Origin: Thermodesulfobacteriota bacterium
GTDB lineage: Bacteria; Desulfobacterota; Desulfarculia; JACQYL01
Assembly: GCA_963675595.2 (NCBI GenBank)
Contig: CAXXLZ010000002.1
Span: 1,120,001-1,184,000, forward strand
Length of the DNA stretch: 64,000 nt
Reading direction: 5' to 3'
Numbering within the stretch: position 1 is the stretch's first letter; every line of letters starts with the position of its first letter. Shown here piece by piece: positions 61,716 through 64,000 of the stretch. The position numbers were made by a program, and so were the translations under genes. Under the pieces are notes generated by a model. It saw only the letters and a list, made by a program, of their open reading frames with translations. It was not told the origin of the DNA and did no database searches.

Positions 61716-64000
61716 TCACCGCATTGGGTTCTGGTCGTCCTTCGGGCCTTTCGGCAAGGTTTCCACTACGAAATGCGTGCTGAAGAGCTCTTTGGCCAGA
61801 GACTTCACGGCATCCCGCCCGACTTCGCGAAGCAGGTCCGGGTATTTCTCCGAATAGTCCGCGCCCAATCCCGTGATCTCGTTCAATGCCGCGGTGTCCG
61901 CTCGGGACGTGAGCGTATCCAGCGAAATACGGTACGTGGTCGCCGCCAGATCCTTCGCCGTGTTCAGTTCCTTGTCGGTGAACTCTCCCGCAGCCGTTCG
62001 CTCCATCTGCCGCAGTATGATATCCCTCACCCGGTCCGCATCCTTCGGCTCGCACTGAGCCACCACGCGAAACAGGCCGCCGTCGGGATAGTATGAGGGA
62101 AAAGCGTGCACCACGTACACCAAGCTGCGGTCTCCGCCTCGAAGAGCCTGTTGCAGCCATCCTCCCGGATAGTGCATCCCCGAGGTCATCGCGTCGATAA
62201 CGTCCAAAACGGGCTTGCGGGGATCTGACAGAGGCAGCCCCGGATAAGCCACCAGCAATCCCGCCGCCGTCTTTTCGTTCCTTTTCACAACCGTACGATC
62301 ATCGGGAATCTTGAATTCCTCGGGATGTTCCGCCACGGCCGGCAGGTTTCCCGCGTGCAATCCTCCAAAATATTTCCGGATCAAAAGCGAAACCTGCTCC
62401 GGGTCCACATCGCCGAACACGGCCACCACCATGTGGTCGGGTTTCACCAGTTCGTCGTGAAACCTCACCAGGTCCTCCCGTGTAAAGGACTTCACCGATT
62501 CCTCATTGCCGAACACATCCTGAGCCGAGTCGTTCTTCTTGAACTGTGTTTCCCTGAAGATTCGATCCACCTCCTCGATCCAATATTCATTCTTCCGTCG
62601 CATGTTCAACAAGGTGTCTCGACGCAGCTTCTCCATTTCGTCCTGAGGGAAATCCGGACGAAGCAGCACCGCGGCCGCCAGAGAAAGAAAGGAATCCAGG
62701 TCCCGACTGAGTACTTGTCCCCTGAGGTAATAGGTGTTTCGTCCGGAGCCCGTGGATAGATTGGCGCCCAGGTCCTCTACGGTACGGGCGATTTCGGAAG
62801 CATCCATCCCGCCGGCTCCTCGAGTCAGCATGTCCGTCATGAAGGAGCAGAGACCGGCCTTGCCTTCCGGATCATAAGGAGTTCCCCCGTTACCGTACAG
62901 GCTCACGGCCGCCATGGGAAGGGAAGTATCCCTCTGCACCAGCACCTTCAGGCCGTTTTCCAGGGTAAAGGTCCGTATGGGAGCCGACGCGCCTACCTCG
63001 GATGTTTTCAGCGCCTCCAGTTTCTCCCGCGACTCGGGATTCAACACCGCAAGGGTAAAGCGATGTCGGTCCAGGTAGGTTTGGGCGGCTTGTTTCACCT
63101 GTTCCGCGGTCACGGCCTGGATCCGATCCGTATAAGATCGATTGAAGTAGATGTCTCCCGTGCCATAGAGCGAATAAGCCAAGTCCCCCGCCGCTGCGGA
63201 AGCCGCCTGCAGGCCGTAGACGTACTGCGTCTCCACTTTGGTCTTGGCGCGCTCCAGTTCCTCCGACGTCGGCCCTTCCTTACGAATGCGGTCGATCTCG
63301 TTCCATGTTATGTCCAGCGCCCGGTCCACCTGATCCGGAGCCAATGTCATGGATACGGCGAATATGCCGGGAGCGAAATGAGGCGTCCAGCTCGAGGAGG
63401 ATACGCTCAGCACCACGGACTCACGCTCCTTCAAGGCTTGGTAGAGGCGCGAGGTACGGCCGGACCCCAAAATCATGGAAAGCACGTCCAGGGCGTAAAG
63501 GTCGGGATTCGTCAGAGAAATGGAAGGAAAGCCCAGTTCCAGGCGCGTCACCTGCGTAAGCTTGGAAGTCGCTTCCACCCGCCTGGGGCCCACTTGAGCC
63601 GGTTCCTCGGGAATGTACACCGGAGCCGCGGTGGTCCTGGGATAATCCCCGGCCGCGGCCAGGACCTGCTTGAGAGCGGCTTCCAGGTCCAGTTTGCCTG
63701 CCACCGCCAAAATCATGTTCGAAGGAACGTACCGGGCCTGATAGTAGGCCTGCAGTTCCTCCCGAGTCACCCGGCGAAACTGGTCCAGGTAGCCGATAAT
63801 GGGGTGCCGGATGGGGTGCTCCCGATAGGCCGTTTCCGAGAAAAGCTGCCAGAGCTCCCGATCCGGATTGTTTTGGTTCATGAGAATCTCGCGCTCAATG
63901 ACCTTGTGCTCCCGCGCGACCTCGGCGGGGTCCAACGTGCATTCCAGCGCGTAGGACAGCAGCAGGTCCAGCGCCGTCCCAAATTTGTCCGGCGTGGTGT
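61716..64000 (-). CDS. M16 family zinc peptidase (pitrilysin-like), 5' end beyond the window
   Basis: Frame open to the window edge. HPIRHPIIG, YYQARYVPSNM, TSRLYQAL and LENGLKV. The HXXEH motif is not within the window. Confidence 0.88.
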   Translation of the reverse strand, partial: TTPDKFGTALDLLLSYALECTLDPAEVAREHKVIEREILMNQNNPDRELWQLFSETAYREHPIRHPIIGYLDQFRRVTREELQAYYQARYVPSNMILAVAGKLDLEAALKQVLAAAGDYPRTTAAPVYIPEEPAQVGPRRVEATSKLTQVTRLELGFPSISLTNPDLYALDVLSMILGSGRTSRLYQALKERESVVLSVSSSSWTPHFAPGIFAVSMTLAPDQVDRALDITWNEIDRIRKEGPTSEELERAKTKVETQYVYGLQAASAAAGDLAYSLYGTGDIYFNRSYTDRIQAVTAEQVKQAAQTYLDRHRFTLAVLNPESREKLEALKTSEVGASAPIRTFTLENGLKVLVQRDTSLPMAAVSLYGNGGTPYDPEGKAGLCSFMTDMLTRGAGGMDASEIARTVEDLGANLSTGSGRNTYYLRGQVLSRDLDSFLSLAAAVLLRPDFPQDEMEKLRRDTLLNMRRKNEYWIEEVDRIFRETQFKKNDSAQDVFGNEESVKSFTREDLVRFHDELVKPDHMVVAVFGDVDPEQVSLLIRKYFGGLHAGNLPAVAEHPEEFKIPDDRTVVKRNEKTAAGLLVAYPGLPLSDPRKPVLDVIDAMTSGMHYPGGWLQQALRGGDRSLVYVVHAFPSYYPDGGLFRVVAQCEPKDADRVRDIILRQMERTAAGEFTDKELNTAKDLAATTYRISLDTLTSRADTAALNEITGLGADYSEKYPDLLREVGRDAVKSLAKELFSTHFVVETLPKGPKDDQNPMR

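Overview
GC-rich chromosomal window from an anaerobic Desulfobacterota-type bacterium (Syntrophobacterales-like; inferred from gene content). The main feature is a ~19 kb co-oriented minus-strand cluster (34737->15862) behind a sigma54 promoter: REC, metF-like, hdrA-like, mvhD-wHTH fusion (Sec), hdrA-like, mvhD (Sec), metV, metF, REC, ACT protein, PAS kinase, REC-PAS kinase, sigma54 response regulator and a CCG-domain Fe-S oxidoreductase (Sec). The ORF track splits three of these genes at in-frame TGA codons that fall on conserved Cys positions. Each TGA is followed by a SECIS-like hairpin with a shared core. Also present: an hmcE/hmcF-like pair with similar sigma54/enhancer architecture, methylmalonyl-CoA mutase mutAB-meaB, a one-cysteine DksA, several c-di-GMP and chemotaxis genes, and a cobalamin riboswitch ahead of a btuB-like gene frameshifted in a G7 tract. 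Smaller elements include an unannotated sigma54-driven 38-aa membrane peptide, IS1380 and IS3 remnants, and two dispersed intergenic repeat families. No rRNA, tRNA or CRISPR array was recognised. All calls come from reading motifs by eye; no database search was run.
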